Source: Felis catus (Eukaryota). From it: DNA of 64,000 nt. The position numbers were made by a program, and so were the translations under genes. Where the stretch lies: assembly GCF_018350175.1 (NCBI RefSeq), contig NC_058368.1, positions 25,050,001-25,114,000 of the forward strand, given 5' to 3'. Shown in pieces: positions 51,445 to 63,656 of the stretch (position 1 is the stretch's first letter; each line of letters begins with the position of its first letter). The notes beneath the pieces are model-generated. The model was not told where the DNA came from and did not search any database. It saw only the letters and a list, made by a program, of their open reading frames with translations.

Positions 51445-51615
51445 CAGTGCTTCTCCAACTTCAGCTCCAACACTGGGACCTCCTGCAGGAGGACCTGTTC
51501 ACACATGCACACGCTGTTGGGCCCCATGCCTGCCGTTCTGGATCAGTAGGTCCGGGTGGAACCTGAGAGTTTACACTCTCACACGTTTCCAGGGGACCAC
51601 ACTTTGAGAACCACC
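51445..51615. mobile_element. MER5A/MER5A1, uninterrupted
   Basis: TIRs cagtgcttctccaactt ... cactttgagaaccac. Confidence 0.75.
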
Positions 51616-51869
51616 ATGTTCAGGGCTTACTCCGGCTCTCGGAGCCACCTCAGCCACCAGAAGCGGTGACAGGTGCTGACAGAGGCACCAGGTGGGTGAA
51701 TGGTTCTTCTTCTGGCCACAGGTCGGTACGCCCGGTGGGTAGGCACCAGCACAGACTTTATCTCCCTCCCCCAACCCCTGCCCAAGGCCAGGGCTCCAGC
51801 CCTTTTCCGGCTGGAGTGGACAGCAGGGGCGGAATCAACAAGTTGACAGAGAGGCAGCTGCAGAGACCT

Positions 51870-52370
51870 GGTACCATCACCACTACCTAATTCCAGAAAC
51901 TTTCAATCATCCCGAACAAAAATTCTATACCAAATAACACCCCAACACCCACCCCCCACCTCCAGCCACTGGGAACCTCCGTTTTCTAGCTCTATGAATT
52001 AGCCTATTCTAGATACCTCACATAAGTAGAAGCCCACTCTATTTGTCCTCTTAGCCTGGCTTATTTCACTTAGCATGTCCTCAAGGTTCACGCGTGTTGC
52101 AGTGTGCGTCAGAATTTCCTTCCTCTTCAAGGCTGCATAATATTCCATTGGGTGTATACACCACGTTTGGTTTGTCCACTCAGTTTGAAGGGCATTTGGG
52201 TGTTTCTACCTTTTGGCTGTTGTGAATAGCATGGCTATGAACACTCTCGTACAAGTATTAGTCTCTGCTTTCTATTCTTTTGAGTATATACCCAGAAGTG
52301 GGATTATTATTATTATATGGCACTTGTATATTTAATTGTTTGAGGAGCTGCTGTGTGGTTTTCCACAAAC
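51870..52370 (-). mobile_element. L1MB-like 3' end
   Basis: Reverse motifs ctggcttatttcacttagcat...aatattccattg...ttggctgttgtgaatag. Confidence 0.85.
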
Positions 52371-52792
52371 TTTGAATCAAATCTTCCACTTCGGAGTTGT
52401 TCACCAGAAACAGGGACGCTGAAAATCTCACCAGTATCCTCCAAAAGGGATCTGGTGCCAGCTTCTACCAATGGATTTATGGCTCTGAACCTTTGTGGTA
52501 AGAGGCTTAACCAACCTCCCCACTGATATATGCAGAAAGCTAACACCGGCAGGAACCGCACACTCTCATTCTAGGAGATGAGCAAGTTGTAGTCAAGAGA
52601 GGGGAGAGTGCTACATAGCTTTACTGGCTCATCACTCCTCAGGGCTCAGTCCAAATGTCACCTCAAGGACCCCAACCATCCCCTCCCCCTAATCACTCTC
52701 TAGCCTTATTTTCTGCACATTACAGTCTAAAAGGATATTAGTTCTTTGTCTCTTTATTCTCTGTCTCCTCCAAATGGATGTGAGGGCAGGTG

Positions 52793-53283
52793 CAGGGGTC
52801 CCTTGCTTTTTGAAAGTTTGCATTACACGGTGCTTTGACAAAAATACCTATATGAGTTCCTGCTTTCCACTAATTTAAAGATATCCGAAGAGGATTTTCA
52901 TTTTCAGGAGAGAAGGCACATAGTGAAAACAGGGTTCAGCACTTGTTTTGCAACAAGCCCTTATAGAGATGGCACACATCCTGAGCACCAAGACGGTACC
53001 GCCAAGCTCCTTCCCCAGGAACCACACTCAACATCTCAGCATCAAGCCACCACAGCTTTGAATGGCGTCTGTGAGTATATGTGCTTTATCCCAACTTATT
53101 GTGTGAATCCATTGGCAAGATGTGTCCTAAAGGTATCAGGAAAGCCTAAGAGAGATTATTTTTTGGGTCTGGGGATACTCAACGTTTTTTCCCATATAAA
53201 TTAATGATAATTGCTTCTTTACACCATTTTGGCTTACAAAAGGTTTCATAGGAACACTGCTTTTGGATAGTGGGGGAATCCAG
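52793..53283. mobile_element. Non-autonomous Tigger (TcMar-pogo) element inserted in an L2 remnant
   Basis: Degenerate TIRs caggggtccccttgctttttgaaagt / gcttttggatagtgggggaatccag. Internal sequence recalled as a laurasiatherian Tigger MITE; L2 3'-end motif gaatgaatgaa follows. Confidence 0.7.
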
Positions 53284-53855
53284 ATAAGATTTTCTGTCTT
53301 AATCATGGCATACCCACAGTATCTACAACCGTGTGTGGCATGTTGTAGGCACCCACGTATTTTCATTGAATGAATGAAATATAAATATCTTATTAAAATG
53401 TATTTACAACTCTGACATTTGCAAGAGATTCTGAGACTTGCACAATTCTCTCAAGTATACACTCTCCCATAAAATACAACCCGTTAAAAAAAAAAAAAAG
53501 ACAAAACCACACTGAGATGCTAAGTGACAGACTCCAGCTCATCAGTTCTTACAATGAGTCTAAAGCTCAAATGTTAATTCCACAGATGCCAGGTCTCTAC
53601 TCTTTCCACAGGTCTGAGATGAATGGGGAAGGGCTAATATTCCATTAGGGAGTCAAGGTCTTCGATTGTGATCACACTGATCATTTTCTTTCCATTAAGA
53701 TGTTAAATCATCTGGCTGTTCTAAGGATGAAAGTAACACTTTTCTAAGTAATGGTCTCTCCCGGTATAAAAACACTGTCGGTAATGGGACAAAAAGACAA
53801 AAAAACCAGAGGGGCTTGGCCTCATTCCAGCTAGCTGTGCGCGCGCGCGATCGGT

Positions 53856-53876
53856 GTTGCTGTCCCTGGTCCTGAA
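53856..53876 (-). promoter_or_regulatory. RE1/NRSE (REST/NRSF binding site)
   Basis: Minus strand TTCAGGACCAGGGACAGCAAC versus consensus TTCAGCACCACGGACAGCGCC (17/21), with canonical 2-nt spacer and intact GGACAGC. Lies in unique sequence. Confidence 0.7.
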
Positions 53877-54081
53877 GTTTTCATAAGAACCCTCCATAGA
53901 GCACAGCAGAACTTACAGGAATGCTAGATGTGGTTTTCCTATTTTTAGTTCTACTGATTGAGAACTGAACAGAGCAAGGTGAGACCTTTTCCTGAACCTG
54001 AAGTAGAGCTAATTGGGGTGGTCAAGGAGGCAAGGCCATGAGCCATACAACACAGACTCCTGGGTTCAAGAATGAAAATTT

Positions 54082-54120
54082 CTTTTTTTTTCTTTATTGT
54101 TTATTTAGCACGCACGCGCT

Positions 54121-54151
<31 letters not shown>

Positions 54152-54397
54152 CAGAGAGACAGAGAGACAGAGAGACAGAGAGACAGAGAGAGAGTGAGAG
54201 AGTGAGAGAGTGAGAGAGTGAGAGAGTGAGAGAGTGAGAGAGTGAGAGAGCAGGGGAGGGGCTAGAGAAAGGGAGATAGAGAGTCCCAAGCAGGCTCTGT
54301 GCTGTCTGCACTGAATGTGGAGCCTGCTTAAGATGATTCTTTGATTCTTTCTCTCCCCCCTTTGCCCCTCTCCCCTGTTCATATTCTCTAAAAAACA
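54082..54397. mobile_element. Two headless CAN-SINE 3' halves fused in inverted orientation, with (AGAGAC)n/(AGAGAGTG)n microsatellite at about 54121-54250
   Basis: The minus half ends at ...cccaagcaggctctgtgctgtc and the plus half continues ...ggagcctgcttaagat...ctctcccc...aaaaaaca. No tRNA-derived head. Confidence 0.78.
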
Positions 54398-54404
54398 TTT
54401 TTTT

Positions 54405-55505
54405 TCCATGAAAGGTTCAACAGCAGACTAGACAAAGTGGAAGAAATGATCAGCAATGGAATTAAAAAGCACAAGTAATCCAATTAAAAATTGGGCAGAA
54501 GACATGAACAGACATTTCTCCAAAGAAGACATACAGATGGCCAACAGACACATGGCAAGATGCTGAACATCACTCAGAGAAATGCAAATCAAAACCTCAG
54601 TGAGGTATCACTTTATATCTGTTACAGTGGTTAAAATCAACACCACACGAAACAAGTGTTGGTGAGGATGTGGGGTAACAGGAATCTTTGTGCATTGCTG
54701 GTGGGAATGCAAACTGGTACAGCCACTCTGGAAAATAGTAGGGGGCTTCCTTAAAAAGTTAAAAATAGCACTACCCTACAATGCAGTAATTGCCCTACTA
54801 GATACATACCTCTATAATTAAAAAACACTATTTCAAAAGAATACATGCACCCTTATGTTTATAACAGCATGATTTACAATTGCCAAGATATGGAAGCAGC
54901 CCAAATGTCCACCAATAGATGAATATATAAAGAAGATGTGATACACACACACACACACACAATTTTCTGAATCTAATGTGTGTGTGTGTGTATCAATGAT
55001 TTAGAAGACAGTGAAGTGGAAAGCACACAATTGAACAGCAGAAAATAATAAAAATTAAAAATAAATTAAAACAAAATAAGGATACATTGAGATCTCTTGG
55101 ACAACTTCAAGTGAACAAACCTTCTTATTATAGGGGTCCCAGAAGAAGAGAGAAAGAATGGTGTAAAAAAACTTATTTGAAGAAACAGTAACTGAAAATT
55201 TCCCCAACCTAGGGAAGGACTCTTTTGTTTGTTAGAATATGTTTGTACTGAGAGGGAGGTGGGAGATTAGGCAAAATGGGTGGATCGAAGAGGGAGGTAC
55301 AGGCTTTCAGTTACAGAATTAGTAAGTCACGAGAATAAAAGGCACAGCACAGAGAGCACAATGATACTGTAATAGTGATGTAACAGGACAGACGGTAGCT
55401 ACACTTGTGAGCATAGCATAATGTAGAACCTTGTCAAATCAGTAAGTTGTATACCTGAAACTAACATAACATCATGTGTCAACTATACTGAAACAAACAA
55501 AAAAC
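54405..55505 (+). mobile_element. Interleaved L1 fragments: ORF1 piece, ORF2 3' end, ORF1 piece, 3'UTR with tail
   Basis: Motif order: ORF1 coiled coil (54405-54458), ORF2 C-terminus (54460-54960), ORF1 IIGVPEEE region (54996-55220), 3'UTR (55245-55505). Confidence 0.75.
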
Positions 55506-58500
55506 CGGTGTAGATGGTTTAAGAGACTTATGGGAGAATATCAAGAGAAGTGTTTGTTTTACGGTGGTCCCAGAAGGAGAAGACAGCTTATTTGAAGAAG
55601 TAATGACGAAAACCTTCCCTCACCCAGAAAGGAAAATAGACATCCAGATCCAGGAGGCCCAGAGTATTCCAAAGAAGATAAATCCAACAGACTCTTAATC
55701 AAGACACATTACAATTAAATTGCCAAAAGTTAAAGATAAGGAGAGAGTCTTAAAAGCAGCAAGAGAAAAACTATTTGTTGGATATAAAGAAACTACTTTA
55801 AGACTAACAGATTGTTTCAGCAGAAACTCTGTAGGCCAAAGGGAGTGGCTTTATGTATTCAAAGTTCTGAAAGTTCAAAAAACAGTCTACCCAGAAAAAC
55901 TATCCTTCAGAATTGGAGAAAAAAAAGTTTTCCAGAGAACCAATAACTAAAGGAGTTAACACTGGACCAGTCCACAAAATGTTAAGGGAACTTGTTTAAT
56001 CTAAAATAAAAGAGTGCTAATTAGTAATAGGAACACATATAAGTGTATAATTATCACTGGTTTTAGGTAAATATATACAGTATGTAAATTCAGAATAGTC
56101 TAATGTAATGGTGGTGGACAAATTAAAAATTTAGTATGAAGGTTAAGACAAAAATAGTAAAAATAACTACAATAATTTGTTAATGGATACCTATGATAAA
56201 AAGGTATAAATTGTGACATCAAAGACAAAAATATAAGCGTGTGTTGGGGGTGGGGGAGAATAAAAATGCTGAACTTTAAAATGCATTTAAACTTAAGTTA
56301 TTATCAACTTAAAATAGACTTTATACCTCTAAGATGTTTTATATAAGCCTCATGGTAACCAGAAAACAAAAACCTACAGTGCATACACAAAGGAGAAATC
56401 TAAGCATAGCACTAAAGACAATCATCATATCACAAAGGAAGATAGCCAGAGAAGAAACAAAACGAATTATAAAACAGACAGACAACCATTAACAAAATGG
56501 CAATAGTAAGTCCTTACCTATCAATAATTACTTTAAATGTAAATAGACAAAATTCTCCAAAAGACATCAAGTAGCTGGGTGGATACAAAATAAGACCCAA
56601 CTACATGCCATCTACAAGAGACTCATCTCAGCTTTACCCATATGCTGTCTACAAGAGACACATATAGACATGAAGTGAAGGAATGGAAAAAGATATTCCC
56701 AGCAAATGGAAGCCAAAAGAAAGCGGAGATAGCCATACTTCTATCTGATAAAATAGGCATTAAAACAAAGAAGGTAATTATGTAATGATCAAGTGGTTAA
56801 CCCAACAAGAGGATAGAACATTTGTAAATATTTATGAAATCAACATAGAAGCACCTAAATAATAACAGACTCAAAGGAAGAAATAGATAGTAATATAATA
56901 ATAGCAGAGGACTTTAATACCCCACTTTCATCAATGGATAGATCATCCAGATAGAAAATCAATGAGCAAACACTAGACTTAAATGACATGTTAGAGCAGA
57001 TGGACATCATGTACATTTATAGAACATTCCATCCAAAAGCAGCACATTCTTCCCAGACACATATGGAACATTCTCCAGGACAGATCACATATTAGGCCAC
57101 AAAACAAGTCAATACATTTAACAAGATTGGAAGAGCATCAAGCATCTTTTCCAACCACAATGGTATGAGACTACTGATTAATTATAAGAAAAAACTGGAA
57201 TATTTGAAAAATATGGAGATTAAACAACATGCTACTAAACTACTAATGGGTCAAAGACAAAGAGCAAAAAATACCTTGAGACAAATGAAAATAGAAATAC
57301 GATACACCAACACCTAGGAAACACAGCGAAAGCAGTTCTAAAAGTGAAGTTCACAGTGATAAAAGCCTACATTAATAAAGAAGAATAATCTCAAATAAAA
57401 AACCTAACTTTGTACCTCCAGAAACTAGAAAAACCAAAATAAGCCCAAATTTAGAAGGAAGGAAATAGAGATTAGAGTGGAAATAAATGAAATAGAGACT
57501 AAAAAGGCAATAGGAAAGATCCATGGCTCTTAGATAGAATAGCTTAGATCAAAAGCTCTTAGACTAAGCGCTGTTTTAGAAGATAAACAAAATAGACAAA
57601 CCTTTAGCTCAACAAGAACAGACAAGAGAGGACTCAAAATTAGAAATGAAAGGGATGTTACAACCAATACCATAGAAATATAAAAAGATCATAAGAGACT
57701 ACTATAAACGATTATCTCAACAAATTAGATAATCTAGAAGAAATGGATAAATTCCTAGAAACATACAACCTACCAGGACTGAATCAAGAAGAATAGGCAA
57801 TCTGAACGTATCAGTTACTAGTAAGGAGATTGAAACAGTAATTAAAAACCTCCCAACAAACACAAGTTCAGGACCAGATGGCTTCACTGGTGAATTCTAC
57901 CAAACATCTGAAGAAGAATTAATACAAACTCTTCTCAAATTCCTTCAAGAAATAGAGGATGGGACACTTCTGAACTCATTTGAGTCCAGCATTAACCTGT
58001 TATCAAAACCAGACAAGGACACTACCAAAAAAAAAAAAAAAAAATTACAGGGCAATCTCCATGATGAACATAGACGCAAAAACATTCTCAGCAAGGCATT
58101 AGCAAACTGAATTCAACAATACATTAAAAAAATCATATGCCATGACTAAGTGGGATTTATTCCAGGGTGTAAGGGTGGTTCAACATCTGTAAATCAATGT
58201 GATACACTACATTAACAAAGCAAAGGCTAAAAATCCTATCGTCTTGACAGATGCAGAAAAAAAGCAGCATTTGACAAATTTAACACCCATTTATGATAAA
58301 AACTCACAAGAAACTGTGCATAGAGGTAAAGTATGTCAACATAATAAAGCCCCAATATGATAAGCTGACAAACAACATCATACTCAGTTGTAAAAAAATT
58401 GAAAGCTTCTCCAGTACGAATAAGGAGTAAGATAAAGATGCCCATTCTTGCTATGTTTATTCAACATAGTATTAGAAGTCCTAGCCAGAGCAATTAGATA

Positions 58501-58583
58501 AGAAAAAAATTTAAAGGCATCCAAACTGAAACAGAAGTAAAATTCCCTATTTACAGGTGACATATTATATATAGAAAACCTTA

Positions 58584-58807
58584 GGGGCACCTGGGTGGCA
58601 CAGTCAGTTAAGCGTCCGACTTCAGCCAGGTCACGATCTCGCGGTCCGTGAGTTCGAGCCCCGCGTCGGGCTCTGGGCTGATGGCTCAGAGCCTGGAGCC
58701 TGTTTCCGATTCTGTGTCTCCCTCTCTCTCTGTCCCTCCCCCGTTCATGCTCTGTCTCTCTCTGTCCCAAAAATAAATAAATGTTGAAAAAAAAATTTAA
58801 AAAAAAA
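58584..58807 (+). mobile_element. Young felid SINE
   Basis: TSD agaaaacctta. Confidence 0.94.
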
Positions 58808-59234
58808 GAAAACCTTAAAGGCTCCACCAAAAAACTGTTAGTACTAATAAACAAATGAAGCTGTAGGATACAAAAATCAATATACAAAAGTCTGTTGTAC
58901 TACTTTGCACTAGTAATGAATTCTCAGAGATATTATGAAAACAATTCCATTTATAACTGCATCAGAAACAATGAAACACAAAATTTAAAGAGGTGAAAAT
59001 CTGTACACTGAAAACTAAGACACTAATGGAAAAAAATTGAAGACAATACACATAAAAAGATATTATGTACTCATGAATTAGAATATTGTTATAATGTCCA
59101 TATTATCCAAAACTACAGATTCAACGCAATCCTTATCAAAATTCCAATAGAATTTTTTTTTTTTTTTACATAGAGTGAACAATCCTAGAATCTGTATGGA
59201 ACCACAAATGACTTAGAATAGCCAAATTAATCTT

Positions 59235-59443
59235 TTTTTTTTTTAACATTTATTTATTTTTGAGACAGAGAGAGAGCATGAACAGGGGAGGGTCAGAGAA
59301 AGAGGGAGACACAGAATCTGAAACAGGCTCCAGGTTCTGAGCCGTCAGCTCTGAGCCCGACATGGGGCTTGAACCCACGGACTGCAAGATCATGACCTGA
59401 GCTGAAGTCGGCCGCTTAACCAACTGAGCCACCCAGGCGCCCC
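59235..59443 (-). mobile_element. CAN-SINE
   Basis: TSD aatagccaaattaatctt. Confidence 0.93.
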
Positions 59444-60104
59444 AATAGCCAAATTAATCTTGAGAAAAAAGAACAAAGCTGGAGGCATCACACTTGCCAA
59501 TTTCAAAGTGTATTACAAAGGTATGGTAATCAAAACAGTATGTTAGTGGCATAAAAACAGACACATAGATCAATGTAACAGAACAGAGAACACAGAAATA
59601 AACCCATACATATATGGTCAATTAATTTATTACAAAGGAGCCAAGATTATACAATGAAGAAAGGATAGTTTTTTCAATAAATGGTCCTTGGAAAACTACA
59701 CAGTCACATACAAAAAAAATATAATTGGACCACTATCCTATACCATACACAAAAATCAGCTCAAAGTGGATTAAAGACAAACAAATGTGAGACCCGAAAT
59801 CATGAAACTCCTACAATGAAACATGGGGGTAAGCTCTTTGACATCAGTCTTGGCAGTAATTTTTCAGATTTCACACCAAAAGTAAAGGCAACAAAAGCAA
59901 AAACAAATGAGTAGGGCTATATCAGACTAAGCTTCTATATAGCAAAGGAAACTACCAACAAAATGAAGACAGCCTACCAATGGAAGAAAATATTTGCAAA
60001 TTATATATCGGATATGGGGTTAATTTCAAAAAAAATATATAAAGAACTCCTATAACTCCATAGCAAAACAAATAAACAACGCTGTTTTTAAAATGTGGAG
60101 ATGA

Positions 60105-60329
60105 GGGGCGCCTGGGTGGCGCAGTCGGTTAAGCGTCCGACTTCAGCCAGGTCACGATCTCGCGGTCCGTGAGTTCGAGCCCCGCGTCAGGCTCTGGGCT
60201 GATGGCTCAGAGCCTGGAGCCTGTTTCCGATTCTGTGTCTCCCTCTCTCTCTGCCCCTCCCCCGTTGATGCTCTGTCTCTCTCTGTCCCAAAAATAAATA
60301 AACGTTGAAAAAAATAAATAAATAAAATA
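60105..60329 (+). mobile_element. Young felid SINE
   Basis: TSD aaaatgtggagatga. Confidence 0.95.
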
Positions 60330-62039
60330 AAATGTGGAGATGAACTGAATAGACATTTGTCCAAAGACATCCAAATGGCAGACAGGTACATGAAAAGATG
60401 TTCAACATCACTCGTTATCAGGGAAATGCAAATCAAAAAGGCAATGACATATCACCTCACACCTGTTAGAAAGGCAATTACCAAAAAGACCAGTATTGGT
60501 AAGAATGTGGAGAAAAGAGAACCTTTGTACACTATTGGTGGGAATATCAATTGTAAACTGGAAAACAGTATGGAATTTCCTCAAAAAAAAAAAGTATTAA
60601 ATAGTACTACCATATAACTCAGCAATTCCACTTCCGGGTATTTGTCTGAAGGAAGTGAAATCACTATCTTGAAAAGATTTCTGGACTCTCATGTTCGTAT
60701 CAGCGTTATTTACAATAGCTAAGACCTGAAAACAAACTAAGTATCCACTGATGGTTGAATGGATAAAGAAAATGTGGTCTATTTATAGAATGAAATATTG
60801 ACCCCAGAAAGGAAGGCAATCCTGCTATTTGTGACCACATAGATGGACCTTGAAGGCATTAGGTAAGTGAAATAAGTCCGACAAAGACAAAATAGTTTAC
60901 GGTTTTACTTGTATGTAGAGGTCTTAAAACAACCTGAACTCATAGATGCAGAAAACAGATTGGCAGTTGCCAGAAGCAGGGGTGGGGTTGAAATGAGTGA
61001 AGGAGGTCAAAAGGTACAAAGTTTTAGTTACAAGATGAGTAAGTCCAGGGAGTATAACGGACAGTATTGTGACTCCTGACTATATTTTTTCAATTAAAAA
61101 AAAAGTCTCAGTTGAAGGGATGAGGACAAAGAAAATGGTAATTCAAGGTGTAACAAGGTTTGGGAAGGATTGGTTCCGTTTATTCTTTTTAAGACAAGGT
61201 ACAATTGACCAGTCTTTTTAGGCAAAGATGAATACAATAGGGTTGGTGAAACTGAAGAGTCCAGGGCACGAGTAATTAGTGAGAATGACCGTGGCCACAG
61301 GCACAGATCGGTATCTGATGAAGAGATGGTCTAAGAAGGAAAAGGGACCCTTCACTCCTGAGATGTTCCAAAGTAGAGAGGAAGCAGGGGAGAGGAGCCC
61401 AGAGTGGCCTCAATAAGGACCATATTCTTATCTGATGCAGAGCATGGGGCCTGTGACTGGTGTTGGGCTTGGTTTGGGGGAGAGAGAGAAACACCTCACT
61501 TTTGTCTGCATCTCCGCACCTGGGACCAGGATCCTTCTCGCCTTCTTACTAAATACATTCCAAGCACCCACATCTCTGTGCTCCTACTTTTCTCCCTTCC
61601 ACAAAATCTTGCACAAGCAAGACATATGGATGCAGTAGGTTACTACTTGTAGGCATATTGCACATGGCAGGTGGCTCCTGGAACGTACGTACACAGAGGA
61701 ATGGCATTTCCTCCTGAAAGCCACTACAACTCAGCTGGTCTGAAACTGAGATCATTGCCACCTGCCCAAGCCCGCTTCCTCTCACAGGAATTAAACCTTC
61801 TATTAAAAGGCATTGATGACCAGACACGGGGCTGAAAAACAGACCCATCTATGACACCTTCCTCCTCAAGTGTCCTCTTAACTCTTCCTAGTGGTTTCTC
61901 CTGTGCCAATCTCAGGAATATTCGCACCCCCACTGTCGGCCTCAGGTCCTGATCACCTCTTAGACGGATGACAAAAATACCTATCAGCGGGTCCATCTTC
62001 CTCCAGCCTATTCCCGTTGCCCGGGGCTCCTGCAACACC

Positions 62040-62270
62040 TTGTTCTCCTTAGCTCAGAAGCCTTCAGTAATGCTGTCCTCTCCCAGTGAAATGCCCCTAC
62101 TGCCTTTCTTGGTCAACTCCTACTCATCCTCCAGACTCAGCCCTGACCCTCCTACGTCCTGGCCCCAACCAGACCGTTGTGAGGACAGGAATGCTGTTCT
62201 ACTTGTTATCCCCGCCTCTAACCTGGTATCTACACTTAGTAAGTGCTTGGTAAGTGTCTAATGAAGAAAG
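62040..62270 (+). mobile_element. L2 remnant
   Basis: aactcctactcatcctccagactcagc...gtgaggacaggaa...acttagtaagtgcttggtaagtgt. Confidence 0.55.
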
Positions 62271-63656
62271 CGCTGAAGAAACGAGGGTTTCTCACTGCTT
62301 AGTCTTCTCCAGTTAAATGACGAGGGGACAAGAACTAACATTGTGCTAGGTCTACTCCAGCCAGGCATTGCACCAAATACGGTATCCCAAATGCTTTGAA
62401 TATACCATTTCAGTCAAATTTCTCTGCTGCCGACAAGGAAGCAGGCTGAGGGAGGAAAGGAGTTTACTCAAAAGCACCTAATTTGCACCACTGGCTCCAA
62501 AGTCCCTATAATCATGGGCTACGTATTATTACCTTCCATCTCCCCTCGCCCCGCAATTAGAGGCCCTTGTGATTGCAAAGCTTGGGGAACTAGAAAGTCA
62601 CTCCTTAGCATAGCTTAGGGATTCTAACAAATAACTTATGTCATTCATGCATCTTTAAATATCTATTTCTTAACTTGACATCAAGCTCAGAGGTCCCCAC
62701 AGGCAGGAACTGTGTTATATTCATCTTTGTACAACCTTTGGTTCTTGGCAAGTTGTAGGTATTTTGTAAATATTTACTGACTTGATTATCAATCAAATTA
62801 TTTGTTGATTTATTAAGTGAAACTGTAAGGGTGAATTTTCTGGAGTCAGGGCAGGAAGTATTTTTGAGCAGATGGCCTATTCTGGCACCCATCAAATTAT
62901 ACTGGATGGGTCATTTTCTAAGCATGGGGCCAGCCCTGGGGACGTAGCTAAAACAAATTTAAATTCATGATGAATTCATTAAAAATTCCAGGGCAAGAAA
63001 TCTTTCAGGAACACTAATGACATCCACATTTAAGACTACATTAATTCTGTATGGTTTAAATGTTATTAGAATGAAGTGCAAACAAACACAATGGTGACGA
63101 GGCACTGCTTCTGAAAAGGAATCCATTAAGAGACTCCATCACCATAGCTTAGCTATTCTTTAGTACTGCTTGACATCTTCTGTGTTAGGTCATTGTTTTC
63201 AGTTCAGTTATTCAACACCTATTTATAGAGCACTTGTCCAAACAATGCAGGGAACTTGGAAAATTCAACAGAAGTGGAAGGTGGGGTACTTGCCTGTGCC
63301 AGGTGTGGTCTGAGAACCAGCATGTGGAGACTTTAACCAAACTACTCCATGTTATTTGCTGCCTCAGCATCCATTTGGTGTGGCCAAGCCGTCCACAGGG
63401 ACGAGGGACAGGTACTATCTCCTCGCACAAGCACGTGCCCTGGATAACAGCCCACAGAGGCACAGGTAAATTCAAGTTCCTGATACGACTTCTCCAACAG
63501 CCCTTGTGATAACCGTTCTCCCCTGCCGCCCAGGGCCTTCCCCTTGGATGTTCCTGAAGACAAAACTTCCAAGAAGCTTACTGAAATTCCACTCTTTTCA
63601 TTTGAATGGACTTACCACAGGAAGCCCAAAGCACTCCATCCACCAATCCAAAAGGC

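Larger units (their letters stand above)
55506..61105 (+). mobile_element. Long old L1 (ORF1 3' half, inter-ORF, ORF2 from ATG 56497, 3'UTR), dead
   Basis: KVKDKERVLKAAREK (ORF1). ORF2 colinear with 3400-7216; RT motif degenerate near 58550; ends caattaaaaaaaaa. Confidence 0.92.

Noticed and set aside
12012..59432. Recurrent ORFs [13 protein letters not shown]... and FFNVYLFLGQRETEHERGRG...
   Set aside because: They are conceptual translations of CAN-SINE copies, not a gene family.
8043..60329. tRNA-like A/B boxes and dispersed ~200-bp repeats (tRNA genes or a CRISPR-like array)
   Set aside because: These are tRNA-derived SINE heads with (CT)n, A tails and TSDs. Spacing is irregular and the context is eukaryotic.
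62962..62980. Overlapping palindromes aattcatgatgaattcat (POU-like dimer site)
   Set aside because: Short and AT-rich; plausible by chance without conservation data.
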